Below, in pieces: positions 9,949-20,557 of a DNA stretch of 64,000 nucleotides. A program made the translations under genes and the position numbers. Every line of letters starts with the position of its first letter. Positions within the stretch are counted from its first letter, which is position 1. Source of the DNA: an uncultured Oscillospiraceae bacterium (GTDB taxonomy: Bacteria; Bacillota; Clostridia; Oscillospirales; Ruminococcaceae); assembly GCA_910579175.1 (NCBI GenBank), contig CAJTTB010000004.1, forward strand, positions 89,468 to 153,467, written 5' to 3'. The notes below the pieces were generated by a model. The model was not told where the DNA came from. It made no database searches and saw only the letters and a list, made by a program, of their open reading frames with translations.

Positions 9949-10482
9949 TTGGATGATAATATGTTGATGAAATTGGTACAGCAAGGAGATAAAGATGCAT
10001 ATAACCGCCTAGTATTAAAGTATATGGATACAGCGACTTTATTTGCAAACAGCTTTGTGAAAAACTATGATACTGCACAAGATATTGTTCAGGATTGTTT
10101 TGTAAAGATTTATATCAACTGTGATAGATATCATTTTAATTATACATTTAAAACATTTTTATTTCATGTTGTCCGGAATCGATGTATTGATGTGTTGCGA
10201 GTGGAGAGTCCTGGGAAAATAGTGGAATTCAGTCCAATATTTGAAGTTCAAGACCAATATACCCCTGAAAATTTGTTGTTGAAAAAGGAGATGTTATCAA
10301 ATATTTTCCATCAGCTTGACCAACTTCCAGAACACTATAAAACAGCAATTTATCTTTATTCAGTAGAACAGATGAGCTATCAACAGATTGCAAAAATCAT
10401 GAAGAAAACAGTATCTCAGATTAAAATTATCATTTATCGTGGAAGACAAAAATTAAAAAAACAAGTGAAGGGGGTTTTATAA
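9949..10482 (+). CDS. ECF RNA polymerase sigma factor
   Basis: AQDIVQDCF, FKTFLFHVVRNRCID (region 2), region 4 HTH; likely TTG start 9949 (track 9940). Confidence 0.93.
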   Translation: MDDNMLMKLVQQGDKDAYNRLVLKYMDTATLFANSFVKNYDTAQDIVQDCFVKIYINCDRYHFNYTFKTFLFHVVRNRCIDVLRVESPGKIVEFSPIFEVQDQYTPENLLLKKEMLSNIFHQLDQLPEHYKTAIYLYSVEQMSYQQIAKIMKKTVSQIKIIIYRGRQKLKKQVKGVL

Positions 10483-10752
10483 ATGAAGGATAGAGATATT
10501 TTTTTAGCGCATATGTGGCAAAAAGTTGATTCTTTAGAATTTGAAGAACGCCAAAAACAATTGGTCAAGCAGCGAAATAAATTATTTTTTTGGCGAATGT
10601 TTTTGCTATACTTGTGTTTCTTTGTGGGGTTGCTGGCAGTAATTGTCATTGTTGTCTTTTACTCGGTTGCTTATCTATTATTTGTTGTGTTGATGATTTT
10701 TATGATAGTTGCTTATTGTATAGATGGTGCTATAGGTAGAAAAAAGGAGTAG
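10483..10752 (+). CDS. Small two-TM membrane protein, putative anti-sigma factor
   Basis: Abuts ECF stop; soluble N-terminus followed by two hydrophobic helices. Confidence 0.6.
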   Translation: MKDRDIFLAHMWQKVDSLEFEERQKQLVKQRNKLFFWRMFLLYLCFFVGLLAVIVIVVFYSVAYLLFVVLMIFMIVAYCIDGAIGRKKE

Positions 10753-10754
10753 AA

Positions 10755-11474
10755 TTGATGAATACAGAAATTGTAATTGAGAATCTTTGTAAGAATTTTG
10801 GAACAAAAAAAGCGCTAAATCAAGTGTCTTTTAAGATTGAAGAGGGTATGTTTGGTCTTTTGGGGAGAAATGGAGCAGGGAAAACTACATTGATGAGAAT
10901 TTTGGCAACATTGCTTCATAAGTCTGCGGGCAATATTACAATTTGTGGAATACCTGTTGAACAGTCTAAGGAGATTCGCAAAATTGTCGGTTATCTTCCC
11001 CAGGATTTTTCTGTTTATCCAAATATGTCAGTTTATGAGGCGATGGATTATCTTGGTGTTTTATCAAATCTTTCTAAATCAGTTAGAAAAGAGCGTATTT
11101 TTAAACTTTTAAAGCTGGTAAATTTAGATGATTGCCATAAGGTAAAGGTAAAAGCACTGTCTGGTGGTATGAGAAGGCGTTTGGGGATTGCACAGGCGAT
11201 TTTGCATGAACCTAAGGTTTTAATTGTAGATGAGCCAACAGCGGGATTGGATCCAGAAGAGCGGGTAAGGTTTCGCAATTTGCTCTGTGAGATTGCACAA
11301 AATCGAATCGTGTTGTTATCAACTCACATTGTGGAAGATATAGAAAAGACTTGTAAGCAAATTGCTGTGCTAAATCATGGAGAAATCCTATATTTTGGGA
11401 CATTGCAGGACTTTGTAGGCGATCAAGAAGGGTTGGAAGAAGCCTATATGAAAAGAATGGAGGGACAGTCTTAA
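10755..11474 (+). CDS. ABC-2 type transporter ATP-binding protein
   Basis: GRNGAGKTT, LSGGM, VDEPTAGLDP. Confidence 0.95.
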   Translation: MMNTEIVIENLCKNFGTKKALNQVSFKIEEGMFGLLGRNGAGKTTLMRILATLLHKSAGNITICGIPVEQSKEIRKIVGYLPQDFSVYPNMSVYEAMDYLGVLSNLSKSVRKERIFKLLKLVNLDDCHKVKVKALSGGMRRRLGIAQAILHEPKVLIVDEPTAGLDPEERVRFRNLLCEIAQNRIVLLSTHIVEDIEKTCKQIAVLNHGEILYFGTLQDFVGDQEGLEEAYMKRMEGQS

Positions 11475-12769
11475 TGTTGTTGTTAAAAGAATGCAAACAG
11501 ATTTTAAGAAGTATTATCTATTTTGTGTTTATTGGGATTGTAATTGCATTTTATGTAACACAGTTTGAGGGTTATCAAGATGATATTAGGGCTGCTCAAA
11601 ATCCAAATGCCGTATATGATTTTAGAAATCCCTTGCAAAAGCCTCCAGAGGGATTGGAAAGTTATGGAGTGAAATCAGCAGAAATACCAGAGCAAGTTGT
11701 CCCCAATGCAATTACTGCACTGCTACAGGAAATGCAAGGAGGAAAGTTTGTGACCTATCCGGTGGGATTTTATAAAACGGTTCGACTTAATGATAAAGAA
11801 TTGTCAAAGATACAAGATATATTAGAAGAAATAACAGGTTTATCCTATTCTGATTTGGTACAAAAACTCATGCAAGAAGAACAACAGAAGCTCACCATGA
11901 GTCAAGATGGTGGGTGGATTATGTCAGAACCGATTCAGATAGAGATTACTTCCCAAGTTTCTTATGAGCAGTTCTGTGAGAAGATGGGGCAGGTAGATAA
12001 GATATTGGGGGGAGGTTCTGATTATGCTCCAGCAAATCTAAAGGGATTTGGCTCAGAATCCATTACTTATGAAGAGGCTTTGAAACAATTTGAATCAGCA
12101 AAAAATCAAGATAATGTAACAGGGGGATATGCTAGATTATTTTGTGATTATATGGGGATTGTTTTGGCGCTATTTAGTGTTTTTATTCCAGTTTCAAACT
12201 TAATGAGGGATAGAAAAGCCGATATGTTAGAGGTAATTTATTCTAGAAAGATAAGTTCAACAAGATTTATTTGTACTCGTTATATTGCAAATACAATTAT
12301 GATATTGTTGCCGATGTTGTTATTGTCTTTTATACCATTGGTATCTTTAAGTGTCTATGGAGCAGAAGCCCATCTGTCGGTTGACTATCTGGCATTTGTC
12401 AAGTATATTTTCGCATGGCTTTTGCCCACAGTGATGATAACTGTTTCAGTTGGATTTTTATTTACAATTTTAACAGATACCCCATTGGGGATTTTAGTGG
12501 GATTTATTTGGGGATTTTTAAGTCTCTTTACTGGAAAATTAAGTGGAGATTATGGATTTAGAGTGCTAATTCGTCACAACAGTACCATTGGTAGGGATAT
12601 CATAGATACTGCAATGAATGAGATTATCTTTAATCGTGTATTTTATGTAGTGATTGCAATTTTTATATTATTGATATCCGTTTGGATTTATGAGAAAAAG
12701 AGAAGAGGGTGTATTGATATTGGCGGGAATCTGCGCAAAATATTGGGACGTATTAAAGGTACAAATTAA
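11474..12769 (+). CDS. ABC-2 type permease with large extracellular loop
   Basis: N-terminal TM, long soluble loop, about 5 C-terminal TMs; overlaps ATPase stop. Confidence 0.85.
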   Translation: MLLLKECKQILRSIIYFVFIGIVIAFYVTQFEGYQDDIRAAQNPNAVYDFRNPLQKPPEGLESYGVKSAEIPEQVVPNAITALLQEMQGGKFVTYPVGFYKTVRLNDKELSKIQDILEEITGLSYSDLVQKLMQEEQQKLTMSQDGGWIMSEPIQIEITSQVSYEQFCEKMGQVDKILGGGSDYAPANLKGFGSESITYEEALKQFESAKNQDNVTGGYARLFCDYMGIVLALFSVFIPVSNLMRDRKADMLEVIYSRKISSTRFICTRYIANTIMILLPMLLLSFIPLVSLSVYGAEAHLSVDYLAFVKYIFAWLLPTVMITVSVGFLFTILTDTPLGILVGFIWGFLSLFTGKLSGDYGFRVLIRHNSTIGRDIIDTAMNEIIFNRVFYVVIAIFILLISVWIYEKKRRGCIDIGGNLRKILGRIKGTN

Positions 12770-13358
12770 ATTGGGATTTATCGTCCATTTGGGATGTTCT
12801 TTGCTTGTGTTGTTGTTGACACCAGTGATATTTGGTATTAAAAATTTGGATGCAATTGCTTCCAGTTTTGTGTTAGAGCGCTTTGTAGCATTGATTGGAA
12901 TTATCTTAATCACACCGCTGTTTTTGCCAGAGCAGAATCCTTCTGTACAGGAAATCAGTGAATCCAAATACACTTCTTTGATTGGGATTTATCTTGTGAG
13001 ATTATGCTTGGCGATAGCTGCAACCATATTGCTAGTGGGTGTATTTTTGGTTATCATGCAGATGAATATGTGTTCCTTTCCAACTTTCCAGTTTTGGATT
13101 GGAACATTTGCGACTGCTTTTGGATTGGGCAGTTTGGGATTTATGTCTTATGCTTTGTCTGAAAATTTGGTGGTGGGATATTTGGTTCCATCGGCGTTTT
13201 ATTTGATGAATTTGGTAACAGGCAGCAAATTGGGTTATTTTTATTTATTTTCCTTGTCAATCAATCAGATGTTGGAGAAATATATCTGGTTGGCGATGGG
13301 GATTGGATTGATTGTAATTGGGCTAGTTTTTCGTTATTTTAAGCGTATCACAAGGTAA
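12690..13358 (+). CDS. Membrane protein, probable second ABC permease (start may be TTG 12714 or 12720)
   Basis: About 6 hydrophobic helices; overlaps preceding permease. Confidence 0.75.
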   Translation: MRKREEGVLILAGICAKYWDVLKVQIKLGFIVHLGCSLLVLLLTPVIFGIKNLDAIASSFVLERFVALIGIILITPLFLPEQNPSVQEISESKYTSLIGIYLVRLCLAIAATILLVGVFLVIMQMNMCSFPTFQFWIGTFATAFGLGSLGFMSYALSENLVVGYLVPSAFYLMNLVTGSKLGYFYLFSLSINQMLEKYIWLAMGIGLIVIGLVFRYFKRITR

Positions 13359-13368
13359 AAGAGAAAAA

Positions 13369-13404
13369 AAGATGGTGAAAGTAAAAAAAGACTTTCACCA
13401 TTTT
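13369..13404 (+). terminator. Terminator of ECF-ABC operon
   Basis: ATGGTGAAAGT...ACTTTCACCAT followed by T-tract. Confidence 0.75.
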
Positions 13405-13424
13405 GTTGTTTCTGACATAGAATA
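13396..13424 (+). promoter_or_regulatory. Mother-cell sigma (sigK/sigE-like) promoter
   Basis: CACC-N16-CATAGAATA fits mACm-N16-CATAnnnTA; upstream of spoVM. Confidence 0.55.
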
Positions 13425-13453
13425 AGACATCATTGAGAAAGGGAGGGATTACG

Positions 13454-13597
13454 ATTCGGATAAAACGTGGTTGCAGAGGTAAAGGAAGTATTCTAATTGG
13501 AGGGGGATTAATTGGTTTACTCTGTTATGCCTTCCCTGGAATATTGTTGATTGTATCAGTATTTTTAATTGTAGCAGGAATTGTGATTCTGCCATAA
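13454..13597 (+). CDS. 47-aa hydrophobic peptide with putative ATT start
   Basis: GGAGG 7 nt before ATT; IRIKRGCRGKGSILIGGGLIGLLCYAFPGILLIVSVFLIVAGIVILP*; not in ORF track. Confidence 0.5.
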   Translation: MRIKRGCRGKGSILIGGGLIGLLCYAFPGILLIVSVFLIVAGIVILP

Positions 13598-13616
13598 TTG
13601 TTAGGAGGAATTGATT

Positions 13617-13706
13617 ATGAAAATTGTTGTTTGGAAGAGTCCTAAATTTTTATCTGGGATTTTAAGAGCTATTTTTGGAATTCGGAAAGAGCCAAAAGAA
13701 ATTTAA
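13617..13706 (+). CDS. spoVM: Stage V sporulation protein M
   Basis: AGGAGG SD; MKIVVWKSPKFLSGILRAIFGIRKEPKEI has the SpoVM K-x-P9-K-F-L-x-G-I pattern; near thiN as in Bacillus. Confidence 0.9.
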   Translation: MKIVVWKSPKFLSGILRAIFGIRKEPKEI

Positions 13707-13780
13707 TCGACATAGTACAGCAGTTAAAAGCGTTCTTATCAAAAGAGTTTTGATGATAACTACATAAATTGAAAATCAAT

Positions 13781-13810
13781 ACTCCCTGCTGAATCATTTC
13801 GGCAGGGGGT
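13781..13810. terminator. Bidirectional terminator spoVM/nfi
   Basis: CTCCCTGCTGAA-tcat-TTCGGCAGGGGG between convergent genes. Confidence 0.7.
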
Positions 13811-13814
13811 AAAT

Positions 13815-14534
13815 TTATACAATAGATAATTGTTGATAAATACGCCGTTGTTCGTGTGTATCTAAATCTGCTAATCGGGTGGGAAGTGGAATTCGACTTT
13901 CTTTGTTTATCAGGTGCTTGACGATTTCGGTAGAAGTATCTAAATCCAAATCATTTCCTACAGAAAGAAAAATCGGTTTTACACCCTGGCGTGTGCGCAG
14001 CACTCTGCCATAAATTTCTTCTTCTATGATGATATCTTGATAAGCATATGGCTTATCTTCTGGCAATTGATAGTCTACTTCTTTGATTTTATAATAGGTT
14101 TTTGCAACCCCAATTGTGGGTGTTTTCAGATAAAAGGAGGCATGCGTTGCAATTCCCATATGTCTGGGGTGTAGATAGCCATTTCCATCAAATAAGTAAA
14201 CATCAGGACCAAGGGTTAATTTTTTCACCGTATCCAAAATCAGTGGAAGTTCTCGAAAGGAAAGATACCCCGGAAGATATGGAAAGTGAATGGTTCCAAC
14301 TTGGTGAACACGTTCCAGTACAGTACCAGATGAAAAGTCTAAGACAACAATACAACAGACAGCTTTTTCTTGTTGGTCTTCTGTCCAATAAGCCAGATCA
14401 ACTCCTGCGACTGTTTGAATTTGGTTTATTTGAATGGAGGGTTTTAGACAGATTTGATTCGCAAGAGATAATTGGATTGTTTTACATGCTTCCTCTGATT
14501 GAAAATCATAACAAGAAAAGTCTATTAACTGCAT
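13815..14534 (-). CDS. nfi: Endonuclease V
   Basis: AGVD, FPYLPGYLSFRE, DGNGYLHPR, IGVAK, RIPLPTRLAD. Confidence 0.95.
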   Translation of the reverse strand: MQLIDFSCYDFQSEEACKTIQLSLANQICLKPSIQINQIQTVAGVDLAYWTEDQQEKAVCCIVVLDFSSGTVLERVHQVGTIHFPYLPGYLSFRELPLILDTVKKLTLGPDVYLFDGNGYLHPRHMGIATHASFYLKTPTIGVAKTYYKIKEVDYQLPEDKPYAYQDIIIEEEIYGRVLRTRQGVKPIFLSVGNDLDLDTSTEIVKHLINKESRIPLPTRLADLDTHEQRRIYQQLSIV

Positions 14535-14541
14535 AACATTA

Positions 14542-16566
14542 TCACCTCAGTGGGATTTCAAAAATTTCGTCAACACGGTGGCGGGCATCAAATAGGTTGT
14601 TGTATTGTAAGATTTGATATTCCTCAATCAATTCATCATAAGGAGATGACTGGTCTAGCGTATAATGTTGGTTGTCTTTGTCAATAAAGCCATTTGCATT
14701 GATAACAGGAATCACTTCAGATAGTTGTTTTAAAAATTGATGATAAACGGGCAGTTGAATGCCTGCAGTGTCTAAAAGTAATGTGCTGAGATAATTGGCA
14801 CTTAATTTATCAATATATTGTTCCTCAATATCATAGTTTGCCCAAATAATAAATGGAGTAATGTATTTTTTTTGCAATTCTTCTAAAGAGAAATCTTCTG
14901 TAGGTTTTCCAAGCAATTCTTCGTAAAAGGAGGCTTCAATTGCCGGTTGATGGTCGCCAAACATCATAATGATTGTGGGTTCGCTTTGCCCTTGAAAGTA
15001 AGTGATCAGCTGTTCAAATGCCTGATCGGATTGTTTGATTAAAGAAAGATATTGTTCTGTTTTTGGATAGTTGCCCTGCATATCGGTTAGATAAATGTCA
15101 GAATGATAATTTTTGTCGGTATATCCACTGTGATTTTGCATTGTAATATTAAATAGGAATAAATTTTCATGTGCTGGTTTTTGTTCGTATAGTTCAATTA
15201 TTTTTTGATAATCGGACTGGTCGCTAATATAACTGCGTATGTATTGGGGATTGACCCAATCATCTTTTGTTAAGAATTGTTCAAATCCAAGCAGAGGATA
15301 AACTTGTGGACGGTTCCAGCCACTGGCATAGTAAGGATGCAGCGCTGCGTTGGAATAGTGTAGGGGTGCAAGCAAACTGGGTAGCGCGGGTGTTTGTTGT
15401 TTGATATATTGTTGATAAGGAATACTTCCTGTGGGTGTAAAAGCAGTTGTAGAACCGGTAAGCATTTCAAACTCTGAGTTACAGGTATTTCCACCATGTA
15501 CAGATACATAAGTATTGCCCTTGATGGTATTTTCGGTTAAACTGCGATAAAAGGGAAGATAATCTTCGCTAACACCAAAGTCACCCAAGACGCTGAGATC
15601 GGAAAAAGATTCATTCATAATCACAATGATGTTAGGTCGTTTTGCACTGGTAATGATTTGCTCACTGTTTGCAGAGGCACCATAAAATTTATGTTCATAA
15701 GATTTTGATACACTTTGCGCAATTTCATTGACCTTTTCGATAGAATATTCCGCAGGCTTATCAACCATAAGATATTTTGTATTCAATAAAAAATTTAAGA
15801 AACTGCCATTTGCTTGATAAGCATTGCTTTGATTCCAAGGAAATTCAATAATTCCCAATTGATTGGGAATATTGGTCAAAAGTGTTACAAATGAGAATGT
15901 TCCAATCACAGCAAAAATCCCAATACGACTGATGATAATCTGTCTAATATGACGATTGATACTCAATTGCTTGGCATCGATTCGAAAGAGTACCAGCATC
16001 ATAAGTACAAATAAAATTGTTGGTGCAATAACTGTCATATCAATGACAAAGTCGTAGTTGGAAGCAACTGAAAATGCAGTTTTGGCGGATAAAATATCCC
16101 AAGGGAGCAGCGGCGTACCGCGAAATAAACTGACATAGTGATTGACTAACCCAAATAAATAAGAGAAGCTCAATAAAATAATCGATGTGATTTTGGCATT
16201 TCCTATGATAAAAAATAGGATAAATCCGACGGCTGAATAAGCCAATAAATTGAATCCAAAAGTCCAGATATCATATGCAAAGATATTGATTTGATTAAAG
16301 CTATCTACAATCAAGAAGCCAATCATAGGTGTTGCACAGCACAATAAAATATTGTCTGGTTTTTTGATGCTTGCAGGTGAAAAAATTCGTATCAATAGCA
16401 ACTCTACAGAGAGTAGCATAAGATTGATAAAAATAGATAACCGCAGACCCCAAATAGAATCAGATTTCAACATTGGTAGCTCTGAAGAACAACTCATATA
16501 CAAAAAAGTGATGAATATAACAATGCCACTGATGAAATATTTGTGTTTAAAATGGGATTTTTGCAA
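14542..16566 (-). CDS. LTA synthase / sulfatase-family membrane protein
   Basis: Multi-TM N-terminus, PNIIVIMNESF, GGNTCNSEFE (catalytic Thr), FGDHQP. Confidence 0.9.
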   Translation of the reverse strand: MQKSHFKHKYFISGIVIFITFLYMSCSSELPMLKSDSIWGLRLSIFINLMLLSVELLLIRIFSPASIKKPDNILLCCATPMIGFLIVDSFNQINIFAYDIWTFGFNLLAYSAVGFILFFIIGNAKITSIILLSFSYLFGLVNHYVSLFRGTPLLPWDILSAKTAFSVASNYDFVIDMTVIAPTILFVLMMLVLFRIDAKQLSINRHIRQIIISRIGIFAVIGTFSFVTLLTNIPNQLGIIEFPWNQSNAYQANGSFLNFLLNTKYLMVDKPAEYSIEKVNEIAQSVSKSYEHKFYGASANSEQIITSAKRPNIIVIMNESFSDLSVLGDFGVSEDYLPFYRSLTENTIKGNTYVSVHGGNTCNSEFEMLTGSTTAFTPTGSIPYQQYIKQQTPALPSLLAPLHYSNAALHPYYASGWNRPQVYPLLGFEQFLTKDDWVNPQYIRSYISDQSDYQKIIELYEQKPAHENLFLFNITMQNHSGYTDKNYHSDIYLTDMQGNYPKTEQYLSLIKQSDQAFEQLITYFQGQSEPTIIMMFGDHQPAIEASFYEELLGKPTEDFSLEELQKKYITPFIIWANYDIEEQYIDKLSANYLSTLLLDTAGIQLPVYHQFLKQLSEVIPVINANGFIDKDNQHYTLDQSSPYDELIEEYQILQYNNLFDARHRVDEIFEIPLR

Positions 16567-16601
16567 TTAATACACTTCCTTTCATCGGTCTGTGAAAAAA
16601 A

Positions 16602-18686
16602 TTAATCCAATAGTTCGGAAAGACGGTTTTTTTGATCGAATAAATTGTTGTATTGTATCATTTGATATTGATTGATCAGTTGTGTATATTCATTTTTTTC
16701 GTCAAAAGTATGATGGTTTCCGTTTTTATCAATATATCCATTGGAATTGATAACTGGAATTTCTTGATAAAATTGTTTTAAAAATTTTTGATAACCAGTC
16801 AATTCAAAATGAGCTGTTTCCATTAATAAAACGGGAAGAAAGTTGATGCTTAAATCCATGGTGTTTTCCGGTATGTCGTAGTTTGCCCATAAGATATAAG
16901 GGGTGATATATCGTTTTTGTTTTTCTTCTAGTGTGAGTTCTTCCAATGGTTTGCCAAATAGTTCCTCATAAAATTCATCTTCAATTTTAGGTTGATGATC
17001 ACCAAACATCAAGATCAAAGTGGGTTCCTCTTGTTCTGAAAAATAGTTGATGAGGGATTCGAAGGCTTCATCGCTGTCCCGAAGCAGGGAGAGATATTGT
17101 TCTGTATAGGGATAATCCTCCTGCATATTTTTCAGTCTTACAGTATTGGAGTAATTGGTATCTGAATAACCACTGTGATTTTGAATGGTGATATTATAAA
17201 TTAACAAGTTGCTGTTTGACTCTTTTTGTTTATAGATTTCAATCAGTTTATTGTAATTCGCTTGGTCAGTAACAAGATTACGAGAGGTTTCTAATATTTC
17301 TCCTTCGTCTAAATCCCAATATTCATCAATTCCCAAAAAGGCATCAAATCCCATCATTGGATAAACCGTGGACCGTTTCCATGAATTTGCATCCAATGGA
17401 TGAAGTCCATAAGAGGTAAAGTGATCAAGCTGTTTGGCAAAAGAATTGATATTTTGATTGACATATTGTAAAAAAGCAACACTTCCTTGAGGAAGAAAAG
17501 CGAGAGTATTTCCGGTAATTGCTTCAAATTCTGAATTGCAGGTACGACCACCAAAGATAGAAACATAAGAATTTCCGCGGATGGTATTTTCTGTCAAGCT
17601 GTTAAAAAATGGAAGATACTCTTTGGTTGTATCAAAGTCGTGAATGATACGTAAATCAGAAAGCGCTTCGTTCATAATGACAATGATATTTTTAGGTTGA
17701 ATGATCTTGTTTGTAGAAACACTGTTTTTTTGATAGGACTGTTCTGCCTGTAAAATAATTTCTCTGACAGCTTGTGGAGAATAATCCTTTGGCTTTTTAA
17801 TGGAAATATAGGGTAAATTTAAGGTGAAGTTTAAAAGTGCACTATTGTTGGAACGAGATGATTCAAGCTGCCAAGGGTCGCTATAGCATCCCATTGCTGT
17901 TAGTAAAGGGGAAAGAGCGAGTGTAACAAACAATAAGACACTGCCAATGCCAGTGGGAATCCTCCAACGAAGACTTTTGAATCGAAGATGTTTTTTGGTT
18001 GGGTATTCCTGAAGTGTTAGACAATTGGCAATCAGCAGTAGATAAATTAAGATTGCTGCAAATAAGGGGAATGTAAGGTGGAATTGATACCCGGAAACAA
18101 CCTTTACAGCAGTGGAAATTGCTAAGATATCCCAGGGAAGAAATGGCGTTCCGCGAAACTGCATCACAAAATAATCAGCGAGTGAAAAAACAAGCCAAAT
18201 ACTGCTGGCACAAATAATACAAATGCGTATTCTGTTACTGATGGCAAAGAAAAAGAGATATAGCAGTGCATATAAAATAAGGTTCATCAAAAGATAAGAG
18301 TAATAAATATCAAAAATACCTTTATTATTTAATATTTGTGTGATAAAAAAGGAAAAGATCGGGGAGCAAGCCAATAAGGAATACCCGACATTTGTTTGGT
18401 ATTTTTCTCGATTAAAAAAATAATACACAAGCATTCCGACAAGTACCAGACCGATCATACAAAAACTGATAAAAGCATCCAAAGAAACTCCGCCAACCAA
18501 AGCGGTACAGCCTGTCACTTTTGTTATAATATATACAACCAGAGATAAAAAAAGAACTCCCAGAACAATCGTTGTTGGGATAATGGTTTTTCGGTGTTTC
18601 CAATAAATGTTTTGTAGTTTTTGACGCCTGCGCATACGGTTTCGATATTGATTCAACTGGATGTTTCTGATGGGTTTTAATTTCAT
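16602..18686 (-). CDS. LTA synthase / sulfatase-family membrane protein (tandem paralog)
   Basis: NIIVIMNEAL, GGRTCNSEFE, FGDHQP; same architecture as neighbour. Confidence 0.9.
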   Translation of the reverse strand: MKLKPIRNIQLNQYRNRMRRRQKLQNIYWKHRKTIIPTTIVLGVLFLSLVVYIITKVTGCTALVGGVSLDAFISFCMIGLVLVGMLVYYFFNREKYQTNVGYSLLACSPIFSFFITQILNNKGIFDIYYSYLLMNLILYALLYLFFFAISNRIRICIICASSIWLVFSLADYFVMQFRGTPFLPWDILAISTAVKVVSGYQFHLTFPLFAAILIYLLLIANCLTLQEYPTKKHLRFKSLRWRIPTGIGSVLLFVTLALSPLLTAMGCYSDPWQLESSRSNNSALLNFTLNLPYISIKKPKDYSPQAVREIILQAEQSYQKNSVSTNKIIQPKNIIVIMNEALSDLRIIHDFDTTKEYLPFFNSLTENTIRGNSYVSIFGGRTCNSEFEAITGNTLAFLPQGSVAFLQYVNQNINSFAKQLDHFTSYGLHPLDANSWKRSTVYPMMGFDAFLGIDEYWDLDEGEILETSRNLVTDQANYNKLIEIYKQKESNSNLLIYNITIQNHSGYSDTNYSNTVRLKNMQEDYPYTEQYLSLLRDSDEAFESLINYFSEQEEPTLILMFGDHQPKIEDEFYEELFGKPLEELTLEEKQKRYITPYILWANYDIPENTMDLSINFLPVLLMETAHFELTGYQKFLKQFYQEIPVINSNGYIDKNGNHHTFDEKNEYTQLINQYQMIQYNNLFDQKNRLSELLD

Positions 18687-18922
18687 AACTGATAGATACC
18701 TCTAATTTCATATGATTTAGAAATACAGACTTTGATTGAAAATAACCATTAACAACTATAGCATATTCGCAAAAAAAAGTAAAGTTTTTGTAAACACAAT
18801 CTTATTTGAAAATTTTGTGAAAAGATGAAAAAATTACAGATTGATTTTAAGAGTATTCAAACAAAGAAGTACTTTTAAAAGTATGATCTTGATAAATAAA
18901 ATGATGATAAGCTCATAAAAAT

Positions 18923-18951
18923 AAAAGGTACAGTATTACTGTACCCTTTTT
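18923..18951 (-). terminator. Terminator after rny
   Basis: GGTACAGT-att-ACTGTACC flanked by A/T tracts. Confidence 0.75.
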
Positions 18952-18952
18952 A

Positions 18953-20557
18953 TTATTTGGCAAAAGCAACTGCGCGACTTTCACGGATGAGATTGACTTT
19001 AATTTGTCCAGGATAATTCAGTTCATTTTCAATTCGCTTTACGATATCCCGTGCAACCAATACCATTTTTTCATCTTTTATAACTTCTGGTTTGATGATA
19101 ATGCGGATTTCGCGTCCAGCTTGAATTGCGAAGGAGTTTTCAACACCTTCAAAAGAATTTGCAATCTCTTCTAGTTTTTCCAATCGTTTAATAAAGCTTT
19201 CTAGATTTTCTCGCCGTGCAGCAGGTCTTGCAGCAGAAATTGCATCTGCCGCTTGTACAAGACAAGCAATCACTGTCTTGGGCTCTACATCGTTGTGATG
19301 CGCTTCAATTGCGTGTAAAACTGCCGGACTTTCTTTAAATTTACGGCAGACATCAACACCAATTTCCACATGAGAACCCTCGATTTCATGGTTTAAGGCT
19401 TTACCAATATCGTGGAACAATCCAGCGCGGCGTGCAAGCGTTGCATCTACTCCCAATTCACTGGCCATAATTCCAGCTAGATGTGCCACTTCAATCGAGT
19501 GATTTAATACATTTTGACAATAACTTGTGCGGTATGTCAATCGACCGAGCAATTTGACGATCTCATAATGAACACCATGTACATTGGTTTCCAAGATGGC
19601 GCGTTCGCCTTCTTGCTTCATCTTAACGTCCATTTCTCGACGAGATTTTTCAACCATTTCTTCAATGCGTGATGGATGAATTCTACCATCTGCAATTAAT
19701 TTTTCAAGAGTTTGACGTGCAAGTTCACGTCTGACAGGGTCAAAGCATGATAATGTGATAGCTTCTGGTGTATCATCAATGATTAAATCGACACCAGTTA
19801 ATGTTTCAATTGCGCGGATGTTACGTCCTTCTCGTCCAATAATACGTCCTTTCATTTCGTCGTTGGGAAGCGGAACCACCGATACAGTCGCTTCAGAGAC
19901 ATGTTCTGCAGCGCAGCGGGAAATTGCCAAAGAGATAATTTCTCTTGCTTTTTCATCGCATTCATTTTTTAGTTGCTGTTCATAAGAAGTGATTTTTTGT
20001 GCCTTTTCATATGCAAGGTCGTCCTCTAAAGAGGATAGTAATTGATTTTTAGCCTCCTCTACGGTTAGACCAGAAATGCGCTCTAAACTTTCAATTTGAC
20101 TTTGCTTGATGGTTTCTGCTTCTTCGAGTTTTTCTTCAGCAAGTTTTAATTTTTGATTTAATTTTTCATCCTTTTTTTCCAAATTATCGGTTTTGCGGTC
20201 CAATGTTTCTTCTTTTTGAATTACACGGCGTTCCTGACGAGAAATTTCATTGCGTCTTTCCTTGATGTCACGTTCAGCCTCAGCGCGTAGTTTATGGATT
20301 TCATCCTTTGCTGAAACCAGCGCTTCTTTTCGTTTTGCTTGGGCATCTTTTTGAGCGTCTTCCAAGATGCGTTTTGCTTGCATTTCCGCACTGCCAATTT
20401 CTGCTTCAGCAGTTTGTTTGCGATGTTGTATTCCTGCTTCAAAGGCGGATTCATAGGTGCGTTTTTCCACTGTTTTTTTGACTATAAGTCCAACCACAAC
20501 ACCACTTATGGCAGCTCCGACAATCAAGCATAATAAAATAACAAATAAGCTAGGCAT
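18953..20557 (-). CDS. rny: Ribonuclease Y
   Basis: N-terminal TM, coiled coil, KH ([11 protein letters not shown]), HD domain (HDIGK). Confidence 0.98.
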   Translation of the reverse strand: MPSLFVILLCLIVGAAISGVVVGLIVKKTVEKRTYESAFEAGIQHRKQTAEAEIGSAEMQAKRILEDAQKDAQAKRKEALVSAKDEIHKLRAEAERDIKERRNEISRQERRVIQKEETLDRKTDNLEKKDEKLNQKLKLAEEKLEEAETIKQSQIESLERISGLTVEEAKNQLLSSLEDDLAYEKAQKITSYEQQLKNECDEKAREIISLAISRCAAEHVSEATVSVVPLPNDEMKGRIIGREGRNIRAIETLTGVDLIIDDTPEAITLSCFDPVRRELARQTLEKLIADGRIHPSRIEEMVEKSRREMDVKMKQEGERAILETNVHGVHYEIVKLLGRLTYRTSYCQNVLNHSIEVAHLAGIMASELGVDATLARRAGLFHDIGKALNHEIEGSHVEIGVDVCRKFKESPAVLHAIEAHHNDVEPKTVIACLVQAADAISAARPAARRENLESFIKRLEKLEEIANSFEGVENSFAIQAGREIRIIIKPEVIKDEKMVLVARDIVKRIENELNYPGQIKVNLIRESRAVAFAK

